NCBI GenBank assembly: GCA_018609125.1
Contig: JABAYF010000019.1
Coordinates: 3,911 to 67,910, forward strand
DNA length: 64,000 nt
Reading direction: 5' to 3'
DNA from: Candidatus Nanopelagicales bacterium
GTDB lineage: Bacteria > Actinomycetota > Actinomycetes > S36-B12
A program made the translations under genes and the position numbers. Numbering within the stretch: the first letter of the stretch is position 1; each line of letters starts with the position of its first letter. The notes below the pieces were generated by a model. That model did no database searches. It was not told the DNA's origin and was given only the letters and a program-made list of their open reading frames with translations. Below are positions 31,668 to 42,520 of this stretch, piece by piece.

Positions 31668-32519
31668 ATGTCGGTTTCTGGTCGCGTTGCCATCGTTACC
31701 GATTCCACCTCCTATCTTCCTGCCGACCTCTTGGTGGGCACCGATATCGACATCGTCCCCGTCCAGGTCGTTGTGTCAGGGAAGTCCTTCGATGAGACCT
31801 CCGATGCTGTGTCAACCCGGCGCATCGCCGATGCACTGACCACGTGGCAACCGGTGTCCACTTCGCGCCCCACCCCGGAAAGATTTCGGCAAGCTTTCGC
31901 CAAAGCCGCTGTTGAAGGGGCCACCGGAGTGGTGTGCGTGACGCTGTCGGCAGCAATGTCGGCCACCTATGAGTCGGCCTGGATCGCCTCCCGCGAGGTA
32001 GACATTGACGTTCGCGTTGTCGATAGCGCCAGTGTGGCGATGGGTCTGGGATTTGCAGTTCTGGCGGGCGAGCAACTGTCCCGTGAGGGCGCCAATCTTG
32101 ACCAGATCGAACAGCTCGTGCTGCGCAAAACTGCCAGAACGACCGTTTTCTTTTCGGTCAACACACTGGAGTATTTGCGTAGGTCTGGGCGCATCTCCAG
32201 CGCGCGTGCGGCGGTAGGTCAAGCCCTGAAGGTCAAGCCCATTCTTACCCTGCGCGGCGGCGAGGTCGTCTCCTTGGAGAAGACGCGCACGAATGCCAAG
32301 GCGATGGCACGTATGGTGCAACTGGTGACCGAATCGGTTCACGGTCCGGTCGAGATCGCCGTGCAACACCTCGATGCACAGGAGCGAGCCTCGCAATTAT
32401 CGGCCGACCTGCACCTGCAACTACCCGGAACATCGATCGTGCAGTGTTCCATCGGCGCTGTGGTTGCCGCACATACCGGACCGGGAATCGTGGCTACCGT
32501 TATCTCTCCGCTGAATTAA
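31668..32519 (+). CDS. DegV family fatty-acid-binding protein
   Basis: 283 aa; VAIVTDSTSYLP N-terminus and overall DegV-like pattern (GPGIVA near C-terminus). Confidence 0.85.
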   Translation: MSVSGRVAIVTDSTSYLPADLLVGTDIDIVPVQVVVSGKSFDETSDAVSTRRIADALTTWQPVSTSRPTPERFRQAFAKAAVEGATGVVCVTLSAAMSATYESAWIASREVDIDVRVVDSASVAMGLGFAVLAGEQLSREGANLDQIEQLVLRKTARTTVFFSVNTLEYLRRSGRISSARAAVGQALKVKPILTLRGGEVVSLEKTRTNAKAMARMVQLVTESVHGPVEIAVQHLDAQERASQLSADLHLQLPGTSIVQCSIGAVVAAHTGPGIVATVISPLN

Positions 32520-32524
32520 TCAAG

Positions 32525-32541
32525 GTTGCCCACAGGGCAAC
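32525..32541 (+). terminator. putative intrinsic terminator hairpin after degV
   Basis: Perfect 7-bp stem GTTGCCC/GGGCAAC with ACA loop, 5 nt after the degV stop; no U-tract. Confidence 0.4.
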
Positions 32542-32612
32542 GTGGCCGCTGATCGTCCACCGGGTGGCGTTGATATCGGCACGATTCCAGGCCGCGCGCC
32601 TACCGTGCCGGA

Positions 32613-33287
32613 GTGAATGGCTGGACCGACAGCGGTAGACACGCTGCGAAGCGCGAGTGGCTCCTACGACTGTGGACGCCCGCAGCGGCGCGAGCAGCAG
32701 GAGTCGCCGTCGCGGTGCTCCTGGTGATACTGGGTTGGTGGTGGTGGCAGGGTCAGCCACGCAGCCTTGAGTCCCTAGCGCCCCCGGCCAGCGAAGTTCT
32801 CGTCACCGGTGCACCGTTGACGGGTGCAGAGTCAAGCGTTTCGGAGTTTGCCCCTAGCGAAACTCCGATCACCGTCCACGTCATCGGTCGGGTGCGCAAT
32901 CCCGGAATCTACTCACTGCCCAGCGGTTCACGAGTTGCGGCAGCCATTGAGGCGGCCGGTGGCCTCAGTTCAGGTGCCGATCGAATCAAAATCAATCTCG
33001 CTCGCCAACTCAGCGACGGTGAACAACTACGGGTGCGTCGGAGCCTGACCGGGGACTTAAGTTCCGCAGCCACCGGTGCCGATTCACCATCGGTTGGACT
33101 GATCAATATCAATACCGCTGATATCGCTGCACTGCAGCAACTTTCTGGAATAGGACCGGTATTGGCTCAACGCATTGTTGATTGGCGCGAGACGCACGGT
33201 CAGTTTGCCGATGTTGAAGTGCTGAGCGAGGTGGCCGGTATCGGTCCGGTGCTGTTAACCAGCCTGCGTCCGCTGGTGACGGTCTGA
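32613..33287 (+). CDS. comEA: ComEA family DNA-binding protein
   Basis: 224 aa; N-terminal TM helix; SLBB-like middle; C-terminal tandem helix-hairpin-helix (LQQLSGIGPVLAQRIV, LSEVAGIGPVLL). Confidence 0.88.
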   Translation: MNGWTDSGRHAAKREWLLRLWTPAAARAAGVAVAVLLVILGWWWWQGQPRSLESLAPPASEVLVTGAPLTGAESSVSEFAPSETPITVHVIGRVRNPGIYSLPSGSRVAAAIEAAGGLSSGADRIKINLARQLSDGEQLRVRRSLTGDLSSAATGADSPSVGLININTADIAALQQLSGIGPVLAQRIVDWRETHGQFADVEVLSEVAGIGPVLLTSLRPLVTV

Positions 33288-33291
33288 GCGG

Positions 33292-35670
33292 GTGCTCGAA
33301 CCGCCCGCCCCGCAGCGAGTCCCGCATTGGGATTTCCGGTTGGTCCCCGCAGCGTTGAGCACCTGGATTGTCGTCATCATTGTGCTCACCTGGCCTCACC
33401 TAGGTCATGTGCTCAGCGCCGGTGTGGGCATTGTGCTCGCGGTGGCCGCCCTGATCCATGCAGCGCGTTCTCGAACGCGCCAACGTTGGCTGTTCATGAG
33501 CGTTGCCTGTGTTGGAGTTGTCTATGCCTCAACCGTGCTGACCTTGGCACCGAGTCAGTCCGGGCCCATCGCAGCGGCGGTGACATCTGAACGCACCGTC
33601 ACCGTGACCGCGCAGTTACTCAGCGACGGACGGGTTCGGCCATCGCAGGGATCGATACCGGCTCAGCGTGAATTCCGCGCCGAGGTGCGCCAACTTGATG
33701 ACTCCTCGGGCAGCTGGACACTGTCTGCCCCGGTGTTGCTGCGCACGCCACTGGATGTCGTGCTGCCACCGGCGGGCAGCGTGGTGGAGTTTTCAGGTCG
33801 ACTGCGCGGGGCCGATTGGACGCCCACCTACGCCGCGATCGTGGCCGTGAAAGGCTATGTGACGCAGTTGGAGTCACCCAACCCCATGGATGCCGGGGTC
33901 AATGCCGTTCGGCAAGGGTTGCGCGACTCACTGGCCGGAGTGCCGCCCCGCTCGGGCGCACTCGTGGCTGGTCTCGCTATCGGTGACGAATCTAATCAAT
34001 CGCCACTCTTGGCAGAGCAGATGCGCATTTCGGGGCTATCGCACCTCACGGCAGTATCGGGTGGAAACATTGCAATCTTACTCGGGGCCGTTGTCATTTT
34101 CGGACGAATTCTTGCCTTCCCGGTGTGGTCGCGGGCGATCGTGGGCGCGTTGGCTGTCCTGGCCTACGTGCAGGTAGTGGGCCCGGAACCGTCGGTGTTG
34201 CGGGCGGCGGGTATGGGCACGGTTGCTGTCCTGGCCATCGTTGTGGGCGGGCCCCGTCGCGGTCTACCAGCACTCTCAGCAACGATCATCGTGCTGCTGG
34301 TGTTAGCGCCGCCCTTGGCGACGTCGCTGGGATTTGCTCTCTCGGCGACCGCGACGGCCGGGCTGCTGCTGATTGCTCCACTGCTTCGCAATCGAATGCG
34401 CCAGGCTGCACGCTGGGCCATGCGTGGTCGATGTCCGAATGTGAGCGATGGTCTTGCCGATGCCACATCGCTCACTATCGCAGCCCAAATCGCTACCGCA
34501 CCCCTGATTGCCAGCCTGGGCGGTGGCCTCAGCCTGGTGGCGGTGCCGGCCAATGTGCTTGCCGCACCTGCTGTTGCCCCGGTGACCCTCCTGGGTCTTC
34601 TTGCCGCCGTATCCGCCCCTTTACTTCCGCCGATGGGAACGGCCTTTGGGGTTCTAGCGGCCCCGGCAGCGGGTTGGATCGCGTGGTGGGCAGCAACATT
34701 GAGCAACCTGCCGGTGGCCACGCTGCCCTGGCCGGGAGGTTGGCTCGGTGCCCTTGCGATGTGCGCGCTCATCGTGGCTGTGGTGTGGCTGGTCGTCCTG
34801 GGGCGGCGACACAACTGGCCCCTGCGCACCATCACCGTAGGCGGCCTGGCCTTGGTCGTCACGATCGCGCTGCGACCGGCAGACCGTGCCGGATGGCCGC
34901 CGCCGGACTGGGTCGCGGTTGCCTGCGATGTTGGCCAGGGCGATGGACTGGTGATTTCTACGGGTCCGGGCTCCGCCGTTGTTGTTGATGCCGGACCAGA
35001 CCCCGGGGTGATCGATCAGTGCCTGGTCGACCTAGGCATCACCCACGTTTCCGCCCTGGTGCTCAGCCACTTTCATCAGGACCACATCGGCGGTACCCCA
35101 GGGGTGATACGTCAGCGTCAGGTGGACCAGATCATCGTGACGCCGGTTCGCGAACCCATCACCCAGGCAGATCAGGTGGACCAATGGGCAGCAGCGGCTG
35201 GTATCGAGGTCATGTCGGCAACGAGCGGCGAGGTTCGACGTATCGGTACCCAGGTGGCGTGGGAGGTGCTGTGGCCCAAGCGGCGCATTCTGGCCGGCTC
35301 TGTGGCGAATAACGCCAGCCTGGTGTTGTTGGTAGAGGCCGCTGGGCTGCGGTTGCTGCTGTTGGGCGACGTAGAACCAGAAGCTCAGGTGGCCCTGCGA
35401 TCGATAGCCCAAGCCCAACAGGTCGACGTGGTCAAGGTTGCCCATCATGGAAGTAGGTCGCAGGACCCGCGATTACCGCAGTGGAGCGGGGGGCGCGTGG
35501 CGATCATCTCCGTTGGCGCTGACAACGGCTACGGGCACCCGGCCCCGGAGACCATGGCCGCCTGGGCACAGCAGGTCGGCGCGGTATTTCGCACCGACCT
35601 CGACGGCGATATCGCGATCGTGGCTGATCGCGCGGGTGAGGTGGACTGGGGCGTGGTGACCCGTCGTTAG
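33292..35670 (+). CDS. comEC: DNA internalization-related competence protein ComEC/Rec2
   Basis: 792 aa; polytopic membrane core plus C-terminal metallo-beta-lactamase domain with HFHQDHIGG and VAHHGS. Confidence 0.9.
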   Translation: MLEPPAPQRVPHWDFRLVPAALSTWIVVIIVLTWPHLGHVLSAGVGIVLAVAALIHAARSRTRQRWLFMSVACVGVVYASTVLTLAPSQSGPIAAAVTSERTVTVTAQLLSDGRVRPSQGSIPAQREFRAEVRQLDDSSGSWTLSAPVLLRTPLDVVLPPAGSVVEFSGRLRGADWTPTYAAIVAVKGYVTQLESPNPMDAGVNAVRQGLRDSLAGVPPRSGALVAGLAIGDESNQSPLLAEQMRISGLSHLTAVSGGNIAILLGAVVIFGRILAFPVWSRAIVGALAVLAYVQVVGPEPSVLRAAGMGTVAVLAIVVGGPRRGLPALSATIIVLLVLAPPLATSLGFALSATATAGLLLIAPLLRNRMRQAARWAMRGRCPNVSDGLADATSLTIAAQIATAPLIASLGGGLSLVAVPANVLAAPAVAPVTLLGLLAAVSAPLLPPMGTAFGVLAAPAAGWIAWWAATLSNLPVATLPWPGGWLGALAMCALIVAVVWLVVLGRRHNWPLRTITVGGLALVVTIALRPADRAGWPPPDWVAVACDVGQGDGLVISTGPGSAVVVDAGPDPGVIDQCLVDLGITHVSALVLSHFHQDHIGGTPGVIRQRQVDQIIVTPVREPITQADQVDQWAAAAGIEVMSATSGEVRRIGTQVAWEVLWPKRRILAGSVANNASLVLLVEAAGLRLLLLGDVEPEAQVALRSIAQAQQVDVVKVAHHGSRSQDPRLPQWSGGRVAIISVGADNGYGHPAPETMAAWAQQVGAVFRTDLDGDIAIVADRAGEVDWGVVTRR

Positions 35671-35713
35671 CGTGCTGCGCGGTGGAGGGCTCGTCGCGTG
35701 ACATGCTGTACCG

Positions 35714-36709
35714 GTGGCAAAGACCTTTCCCGGACTCACGCTGCTGGTCGGCCCAGAAGACGTGCTCATTGACATGGCGATCGCCGACATCATGGCGAAG
35801 GTGCGTCAGCAGCATCCGGGGGCCTTGAAGACTGAGATTGCGATCGGTGGAGACGTCGATTCTGGTGCGCTGGCCCAGGCACTTGCGCCCACGCTCTTCG
35901 GTGACGTGGGTGTGGTTGTCATCACGGCGGGGGAGGCCCTCGACGACGCCGGAGTACAGATGTTGACGCTGGCCGCAGCCGAAGTGGATCCGGTCAACAT
36001 GTGCGTTGTGGTGCATGCGGGTGCAGCGAAGGGCAAGAAGGCGCTGACGGCTTTGCGGGCACTGTCGCCGCCGGAAATTTCGTGTGCGGCGATGCGGAAA
36101 GGTCGCGACACGATGTCGTTTATGGGTTCGGTGATGCGTCGCCACGACCGGCGGGCCTCAACCGAGGCGCTCCAGGTTCTCTACGACGCGATTGGTCACG
36201 ACCCTCGGGCGCTGGCGGCTGCGATTTCGCAACTGTGTGCAGATGTTGAGGTAGACCCGATCAACGAGGATGCCGTGCGCCAGTACTTTGCCGGAGTCGC
36301 TGATGTGGCGGGCTATCAAGTGGCCGATGCGGTGTGGGAACGCCGAGTCAGCGATGCGCTGGGTGACGTACGTTGGCTCTCGGCCGTGTCCGGAAAAGCA
36401 TCAGTGGGTCCGGCTGTGACCGCAGCGATGGCCAGCGGATTGCGGGTGGTGGTGGGGGTGCAGGGGATGCCACAGGGTATGAGCAATGACGCGGTCGCCC
36501 AGCAGGTGGGAATGCCGGCGTGGAAGGTCCGAACGGCCCAGGCCCAGGCGCGCAAATGGCTCCCGGAGCGTTTGGCGGCGGCCACGGTGGCCCTGGCCGG
36601 ACTTGACGTGGCGATGAAGGGTGGCCTGCGCGGAAAGTCAGCAGATCCGGATCAAAAGGCTTACGCCCTGGAGAAATTCGTGATCACCACTGTGGGTGGT
36701 GGAAAGTAA
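35714..36709 (+). CDS. holA: DNA polymerase III subunit delta
   Basis: 331 aa; conserved comEC-holA / rpsT neighbourhood; delta-like N-terminus (LLVGPEDVL). Assigned mainly by position and length. Confidence 0.8.
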   Translation: MAKTFPGLTLLVGPEDVLIDMAIADIMAKVRQQHPGALKTEIAIGGDVDSGALAQALAPTLFGDVGVVVITAGEALDDAGVQMLTLAAAEVDPVNMCVVVHAGAAKGKKALTALRALSPPEISCAAMRKGRDTMSFMGSVMRRHDRRASTEALQVLYDAIGHDPRALAAAISQLCADVEVDPINEDAVRQYFAGVADVAGYQVADAVWERRVSDALGDVRWLSAVSGKASVGPAVTAAMASGLRVVVGVQGMPQGMSNDAVAQQVGMPAWKVRTAQAQARKWLPERLAAATVALAGLDVAMKGGLRGKSADPDQKAYALEKFVITTVGGGK

Positions 36710-36735
36710 AACCAGAAACTACAGCGCGGCAGAAA

Positions 36736-36996
36736 TTACAGCGCGGCGGCGCGAGATGCGATGGAGGACTTGCGGTTAGCTGCCTGGTTCTTGTGCAGGA
36801 CGCCCTTGGTGACCGCTCGATCCAACTGTCGGGTGGCTTCACGAGCCAGGGTCTGGGCTTCGGCAACATTGCCCGCGTCGGCTGCTTCACGAAAACGACG
36901 GGTTGAGGTCTTCAGTGACGACTTCACGGCCTTATTGCGCTCGCGCGCCTTCTCATTGGTGCGGTTGCGCTTGATCTGGCTCTTGATGTTCGCCAC
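36736..36996 (-). CDS. rpsT: 30S ribosomal protein S20
   Basis: GTG at 36996 gives 86 aa starting (M)[22 protein letters not shown], the canonical S20 N-terminus; the ORF-track start 37068 adds 24 non-conserved residues. Confidence 0.93.
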   Translation of the reverse strand: MANIKSQIKRNRTNEKARERNKAVKSSLKTSTRRFREAADAGNVAEAQTLAREATRQLDRAVTKGVLHKNQAANRKSSIASRAAAL

Positions 36997-37156
36997 GAGG
37001 ATGGTGCCTTCCGTTGTGTTCGGGGAGTTCTGTGTACGGGTGGACGTTAGTGGTGTTTCACCGCCCATGCGGCTGCGGGCCTGATCGGGCCAGTGCCAAG
37101 ATTACCGCGCCCCTCCGGGGCGGTGGCATGGGGCACCCCATGGGACGATGTGAAAC

Positions 37157-38986
37157 ATGCCGCTACCCGGTCAGACGGATCCCGCGATGATTCGCAATTT
37201 TTCCATCATCGCCCATATTGACCACGGCAAGTCCACCCTCGCTGATCGGATGCTGCAGGTGACCGGTGTCGTGGATGGCCGACACATGCGCGCCCAGTAT
37301 CTCGATCGGATGGATATCGAGCGTGAGCGTGGCATCACGATCAAGAGTCAGGCAGTGCGGCTGCCCTACACCGGCCTAGATGGGCGTGACTACGTGTTGA
37401 ATCTCATCGACACGCCCGGACACGTTGACTTCACCTATGAGGTTTCTCGCAGTCTCGCTGCCTGCGAGGGAGCCGTGCTGCTGGTCGACGCAGCCCAGGG
37501 TATTGAGGCCCAGACGCTGGCAAATTTGTATCTGGCACTCGAAAATGACCTCCAGGTCATCCCGGTACTCAATAAAATCGACCTGCCAGCAGCACAGCCG
37601 GAGAAATACGCCGCTGAACTTGCCCACATCATTGGTTGTTCACCCGAAGACGTGTTGAAGATCTCGGCTAAAACTGGCGCGGGTGTGCCAGAACTGATCG
37701 AAGAAATTGTGGCGTTGGTTCCCGCTCCGATGGGTGACGCTGATGGCCCGGCACGGGCGCTGATTTTCGATTCCGTTTACGACTCCTACCGCGGTGTCGT
37801 CACCTATGTTCGCGTGATTGACGGTCAGCTTTCCACGCGTGAGCGCATCACCATGATGTCGACGCACGCAACGCACGACCTGCTTGAAGTCGGTGTTATC
37901 TCTCCAGATCCGGTCGCTAGCCTCAGCCTTGGCGTGGGAGAGGTGGGATACTTGATCACCGGGGTCAAGGACGTGCGCCAGTCACGAGTTGGCGACACGG
38001 TTACCTCACATCACCGTGGGGCTACCACTGCCCTGGGTGGATACCGAGATCCCAAGCCTATGGTCTTCTCCGGGTTGTACCCCCTTGATGGGTCTGACTA
38101 CCCATTGCTGCGTGACGCGCTGGATAAGTTGAAACTCAACGATGCCGCGTTGGTTTATGAGCCGGAGACTTCCGTAGCGCTCGGGTTTGGCTTCCGGTGT
38201 GGATTCCTCGGGCTGCTTCACCTCGAGATCGTGCGGGAGCGACTTGAGCGAGAGTTTAATCTCGACCTCATCTCTACCGCCCCCAATGTTGTGTACGACG
38301 TGACACTGGATGACGCCTCGGTGGTCACGGTGACCAATCCATCGGAGTTTCCGACCGGCAAGATCGCGACAGTTTCTGAACCGGTGGTGCGGGCCACGGT
38401 GTTGGCACCGGCTGAATTCGTCGGCGCCATCATGGAGCTGTGCCAAACCCGTCGCGGCACTCTCTTGGGCATGGACTATCTAAGCGAGGACAGAGTCGAG
38501 TTGCGCTACACGCTGCCGCTGGCAGAAATCGTGTTCGACTTCTTCGATCAATTGAAGTCACGCACCAAGGGCTATGCGTCCTTGGACTATGAAACGCAAG
38601 GGGATCAGGTGGCCGACCTCGTGAAGGTCGACATTTTGCTACACGGCGATCCCGTGGATGCTTTCAGTGCCATCGTGCACAAGGACAAGGCCTATGCCTA
38701 TGGCGTGTCCATGGCGGGTAAGTTGCGCGAACTCATTCCGCGACAGCAGTTCGAGGTACCGATTCAGGCCGCTATTGGTTCTCGCATTATCGCCCGCGAA
38801 ACGATCCGTGCTATTCGCAAGGATGTGCTCGCCAAGTGCTACGGCGGCGACATCAGTCGCAAGCGCAAACTGCTGGAAAAGCAGAAGGAGGGAAAAAAGC
38901 GCATGAAGATGGTGGGTCGAGTCGAGGTACCCCAGGAAGCTTTCATCGCTGCGCTTTCCACGACCGAGGCAGTGGCGAAAAAGTAG
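37157..38986 (+). CDS. lepA: translation elongation factor 4 (LepA)
   Basis: 609 aa; [31 protein letters not shown]-motifs; LepA-specific C-terminus ([24 protein letters not shown]). Confidence 0.97.
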   Translation: MPLPGQTDPAMIRNFSIIAHIDHGKSTLADRMLQVTGVVDGRHMRAQYLDRMDIERERGITIKSQAVRLPYTGLDGRDYVLNLIDTPGHVDFTYEVSRSLAACEGAVLLVDAAQGIEAQTLANLYLALENDLQVIPVLNKIDLPAAQPEKYAAELAHIIGCSPEDVLKISAKTGAGVPELIEEIVALVPAPMGDADGPARALIFDSVYDSYRGVVTYVRVIDGQLSTRERITMMSTHATHDLLEVGVISPDPVASLSLGVGEVGYLITGVKDVRQSRVGDTVTSHHRGATTALGGYRDPKPMVFSGLYPLDGSDYPLLRDALDKLKLNDAALVYEPETSVALGFGFRCGFLGLLHLEIVRERLEREFNLDLISTAPNVVYDVTLDDASVVTVTNPSEFPTGKIATVSEPVVRATVLAPAEFVGAIMELCQTRRGTLLGMDYLSEDRVELRYTLPLAEIVFDFFDQLKSRTKGYASLDYETQGDQVADLVKVDILLHGDPVDAFSAIVHKDKAYAYGVSMAGKLRELIPRQQFEVPIQAAIGSRIIARETIRAIRKDVLAKCYGGDISRKRKLLEKQKEGKKRMKMVGRVEVPQEAFIAALSTTEAVAKK

Positions 38987-38996
38987 CTCGGACGGA

Positions 38997-40178
38997 ATGC
39001 ACGTGGCAGAACTCACGCCTTGGCGGGCAGCGTTAGCCGAGCGATCACGTGCGCAATCAACCGCTGCACAGGGTGTGTATATCCATGTTCCCTACTGCGC
39101 AAGTCGTTGCGGTTACTGTGATTTCAACACCTACACCCCCGGCGAAATCGATGTCGAATCCCACGCCTACCTCCTGGCCGCTGCTGCTGAGATAGATCAC
39201 GCAAGATCGCTATGGCGACCAGGTCACATTGATACGGTTTTCATTGGCGGGGGCACGCCTACGCTGCTCAGCGCCACTGATCTCACAGACCTACTTCGCC
39301 GAGTCGACGACTCCTTTGGGCTGGCTGACGATGCCGAGGTAACGGTTGAAGCAAATCCAGATTCTGTGGATCAGCACGTCCTCGATCAACTGCGCGAGGG
39401 CGGTTTTACTCGAATCTCTTTCGGTGTGCAAAGTTTGGCGCCCCACGTTTTGGCCGTGCTCGACCGCACCCATTCACCGGGTCGGTCGCTGGAGGCGATC
39501 GCGATGGCTCAGGCCGCCGGGTTTGAGCACGTCAGCGCCGACATCATTTACGCAACCCCCGGTGAGACCGACGACGACCTCGCTCACACCGTATCCGCGC
39601 TACTTCATACAGGTATTGATCATCTGTCGGCGTATGCCTTGATCGTGGAGCCTGGAACCCGGCTGGCCAATGATGTGCGCAGAGGCCTCATCCCTGCGCC
39701 AGACGATGATGTGGCCGCTGACCGGTATCAAATTATTGACCGCTTATGCGCGGCGAGCGGGTTGTCTTGGTATGAGATATCGAGCTGGGCGAAATCCGGC
39801 GGTGAGTGTCGCCACAATCTGGGCTACTGGCGCGGTGGGGACTGGTGGGCGGTGGGTCCTGGAGCGCACGGTCACCGCGACGGTCTGCGCTGGATGAACG
39901 CCAAGCACCCACGTGCCTACACCGAGCGCATCTGGGCCGACGGTGATGCAGTGGTGGAGACGGAAATCATCAGCCAAGCGGCCATCGACATGGAGCGAGT
40001 CATGCTGGGGCTGCGGTTGCGGGAGGGTCTGGCGGTCGGGGCGGTCACCCCAGACAAGCAGGATCAGATTGACCTGGAGGTGGCGGCTGGCCTGCTCGTG
40101 CGGGTCCAGGACCGAATCGTGCTCACCGATGCTGGTCGCCTCCTCGCCGACGGCATCGTGGGTCGACTCACTTCCTAG
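38997..40178 (+). CDS. hemW: radical SAM family heme chaperone HemW (coproporphyrinogen III oxidase-like)
   Basis: 393 aa; CASRCGYCDF radical-SAM cluster motif; conserved lepA-hemW-hrcA order. Confidence 0.9.
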   Translation: MHVAELTPWRAALAERSRAQSTAAQGVYIHVPYCASRCGYCDFNTYTPGEIDVESHAYLLAAAAEIDHARSLWRPGHIDTVFIGGGTPTLLSATDLTDLLRRVDDSFGLADDAEVTVEANPDSVDQHVLDQLREGGFTRISFGVQSLAPHVLAVLDRTHSPGRSLEAIAMAQAAGFEHVSADIIYATPGETDDDLAHTVSALLHTGIDHLSAYALIVEPGTRLANDVRRGLIPAPDDDVAADRYQIIDRLCAASGLSWYEISSWAKSGGECRHNLGYWRGGDWWAVGPGAHGHRDGLRWMNAKHPRAYTERIWADGDAVVETEIISQAAIDMERVMLGLRLREGLAVGAVTPDKQDQIDLEVAAGLLVRVQDRIVLTDAGRLLADGIVGRLTS

Positions 40179-40207
40179 TGGGCTAGCCTCGGCATCCGGG
40201 CGTATGA

Positions 40208-40234
40208 TTAGCACTCAGCATTGTTGAGTGCCAA
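40208..40234 (+). promoter_or_regulatory. CIRCE operator (HrcA binding site) upstream of hrcA
   Basis: TTAGCACTC-N9-GAGTGCCAA versus consensus TTAGCACTC-N9-GAGTGCTAA (one mismatch). A TATGAT -10-like hexamer (40203-40208) abuts it; it lies 45 nt upstream of the preferred hrcA start. Confidence 0.9.
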
Positions 40235-40278
40235 CAAGTCGTCGTGCGCCCACGTTGTCTGAGACCAGGGAGGTGCCA

Positions 40279-41298
40279 GTGTTAGAGGATCGACGCCTCG
40301 CGGTGCTGCGTGCAATCGTGGAAGACTACGTCTCAACCAGAGAGCCGGTGGGTAGTCGGGCCCTCGTTGAGCGGCATTCCCTCGGCGTTTCCCCCGCCAC
40401 GATCCGCAACGACATGGCCGTGCTCGAAGAAGAGGGGTACATCACCCAGCCCCACACCAGTGCGGGTCGCGTCCCCACCGATCTGGGCTACCGCGCTTTC
40501 GTAGATCGCCTCTCTGGTGTTAAACCCTTAAGCGGTGCCGAGCGACGTGCGGTTTCTAGTTTTCTGGCCGGTGCTGTTGATCTCGACGATGTCATGGTGC
40601 GCAGCGTGCGCCTGCTGGCTCAGATCACTCGGCAGGTGGCCCTGGTGCAGTATCCGTCGCTCGTGCGAGCCAGCATTCGACACGTTGAGTTGATCGCCCT
40701 CAGCCCTGCCCGGTTGCTCGTGGTGCTCATCGCGGACACGGGTCGGGTTGAGCAGCGCGTCGTCGACACCCCCGGCGATGTATCAGAGGAACTTTTGGCC
40801 GCACTGCGCTCACGGTTGATGTCGGCCTGTGCTGGCGTTCGCTGCGCCGATCTGGCCGCTCAGGTGCAGCGGCTCACCGAGGAATTTCCCGACGACGACC
40901 GAGCGACTGTTGCCGTCGTGGTTGCCACCCTGCTGGAGACAGCAATCGACCGCGAGGAGCAGCGCGTAGTGCTCGGTGGCACTGCCAACCTCGCCCGCTA
41001 CGGTGAGTCATTTTCCACAAGCCTGGAGCCGGTGCTGGAGGCTCTGGAGGAACAGGTGGTACTTCTGCGACTCCTCGGCGAAGTTGCCGTCGCACCAGAG
41101 GTGAATGTGCGAATTGGCCATGAGAATTCGATGGAGCACCTGCGGTCAACCTCGGTGGTCGCAGCCGGTTACGGTCGAGACGACACCGTGTCTGCCGGAG
41201 TTGGAGTGGTTGGACCCACCCACATGGACTACCCAGCAACCATTGCTGCGGTTCATGCGGTGTCGGTGTACCTCGGACGCAACCTGGAAAATCCATAG
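40279..41298 (+). CDS. hrcA: heat-inducible transcription repressor HrcA
   Basis: GTG 40279, 5 nt after GGGAGG, gives (M)[25 protein letters not shown], matching HrcA N-termini; the ORF-track start 40228 would lie inside the CIRCE element. Confidence 0.93.
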   Translation: MLEDRRLAVLRAIVEDYVSTREPVGSRALVERHSLGVSPATIRNDMAVLEEEGYITQPHTSAGRVPTDLGYRAFVDRLSGVKPLSGAERRAVSSFLAGAVDLDDVMVRSVRLLAQITRQVALVQYPSLVRASIRHVELIALSPARLLVVLIADTGRVEQRVVDTPGDVSEELLAALRSRLMSACAGVRCADLAAQVQRLTEEFPDDDRATVAVVVATLLETAIDREEQRVVLGGTANLARYGESFSTSLEPVLEALEEQVVLLRLLGEVAVAPEVNVRIGHENSMEHLRSTSVVAAGYGRDDTVSAGVGVVGPTHMDYPATIAAVHAVSVYLGRNLENP

Positions 41299-41367
41299 TG
41301 TCGATGCCCTCGCGAGGCCCCAACTTCGCCCTCCCTCACCTACTACCTACCCAACGACGAAGGACGG

Positions 41368-42510
41368 ATGCTAAGCGTGGCGACTGATTACTATGCGCTG
41401 CTGGAGGTCAGCCGGGAAGCCAATCCGGATGAAATCAAGCGCGCCTACCGAAAACTCGCCCGCGAACTACATCCGGACGTCAATCCAGACCCCCACACCC
41501 AGGAGCGGTTCAAAGAGGTCACCGCTGCCTACGAGGTGCTCAGCGACCCAGAAAAGCGCCAGATGTACGACCTCGGCGGAGACCCCTTACGCGCCAGCGG
41601 CGGCCCCGGATTTGGCGGCGGGTTTGATTTTGGCGACATCATGGATGCCTTTTTCGGTGGCGGCAGCCAGCGCGGGCCTCGCTCGCGAGCGCGTCGTGGA
41701 CAGGATGCACTCATCCGCATTGAGCTTGACCTTCGAGAAGCCATGTTCGGCGTAGAGCAGGACATTTCTGTCGATACTGCGATGCGCTGTGACGCGTGTT
41801 CTGGGGCCGGCACTGCACCCGACACCGAGCCTGAGACCTGCCCTATGTGTAAGGGACGGGGGGAGATTCAGCAGGTACAGAGATCTTTCCTCGGTCAAGT
41901 AATGACCGCGCGCGCCTGCCCACAGTGCCAGGGCTTTGGCTACACCATTCCGCATCCGTGTGTTGAATGCTCCGGCGATGGTCGTGTCCGCACCCGGCGG
42001 ACCATCACCGTGAAAATTCCGGCCGGAGTCGACACCGGTACTCGCATTCAACTCAGCGGCCAGGGTGAGGTGGGTCCCGGCGGTGGCGATGCCGGTGACC
42101 TGTTCGTAGAGATTGTTGAAAAAGCCCATCCCGTTTTTGAACGAAGGGGCGATGACCTGCACTGCAGCGTGGACGTTCCGATGACCACTGCGGTACTGGG
42201 CAGTTCAATGCAGTTGGAAACCATGGATGGCGAGGAAACCGTCACGATTGAACCGGGCACACAGCCCACCCAGATCATCACGCTGCGCGCTCGAGGCGTG
42301 CCACGGCTGAGAGGCACCGGTCGCGGTGATCTGCACATTCATCTTGATGTGAAAACCCCGACCCACCTTGATGCTGAGCAGATGGCACTCGTCGAAAAGC
42401 TTGCGGCTCTACGCACCGAAAGTGGTGCGACACTCTCGGTGAACAACACCACTGAGGCACCGAGTGGCTTCTTCTCACGGATCCGAGACGCATTTAGTTC
42501 ACGGGCGTAG
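41368..42510 (+). CDS. dnaJ: molecular chaperone DnaJ
   Basis: 380 aa; J-domain with HPD; Gly/Phe-rich linker; four CxxCxGxG repeats (CDACSGAG, CPMCKGRG, CPQCQGFG, CVECSGDG). The start could be GTG 41377. Confidence 0.95.
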   Translation: MLSVATDYYALLEVSREANPDEIKRAYRKLARELHPDVNPDPHTQERFKEVTAAYEVLSDPEKRQMYDLGGDPLRASGGPGFGGGFDFGDIMDAFFGGGSQRGPRSRARRGQDALIRIELDLREAMFGVEQDISVDTAMRCDACSGAGTAPDTEPETCPMCKGRGEIQQVQRSFLGQVMTARACPQCQGFGYTIPHPCVECSGDGRVRTRRTITVKIPAGVDTGTRIQLSGQGEVGPGGGDAGDLFVEIVEKAHPVFERRGDDLHCSVDVPMTTAVLGSSMQLETMDGEETVTIEPGTQPTQIITLRARGVPRLRGTGRGDLHIHLDVKTPTHLDAEQMALVEKLAALRTESGATLSVNNTTEAPSGFFSRIRDAFSSRA

Positions 42511-42520
42511 CGACGCACCC

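Noticed and set aside
34125-34988. 287-aa plus-strand ORF and 232-aa minus-strand ORF inside comEC
   Set aside because: They are out of frame with, or antisense to, the ComEC membrane core, which reads as coherent TM helices in its own frame. The alternative frames are Arg/Gly/Cys/Pro-rich.
40228-40278. ORF-track N-terminal extension of hrcA
   Set aside because: The proposed GTG lies inside the CIRCE inverted repeat. The GTG at 40279 has a GGGAGG SD and yields the conserved HrcA N-terminus.
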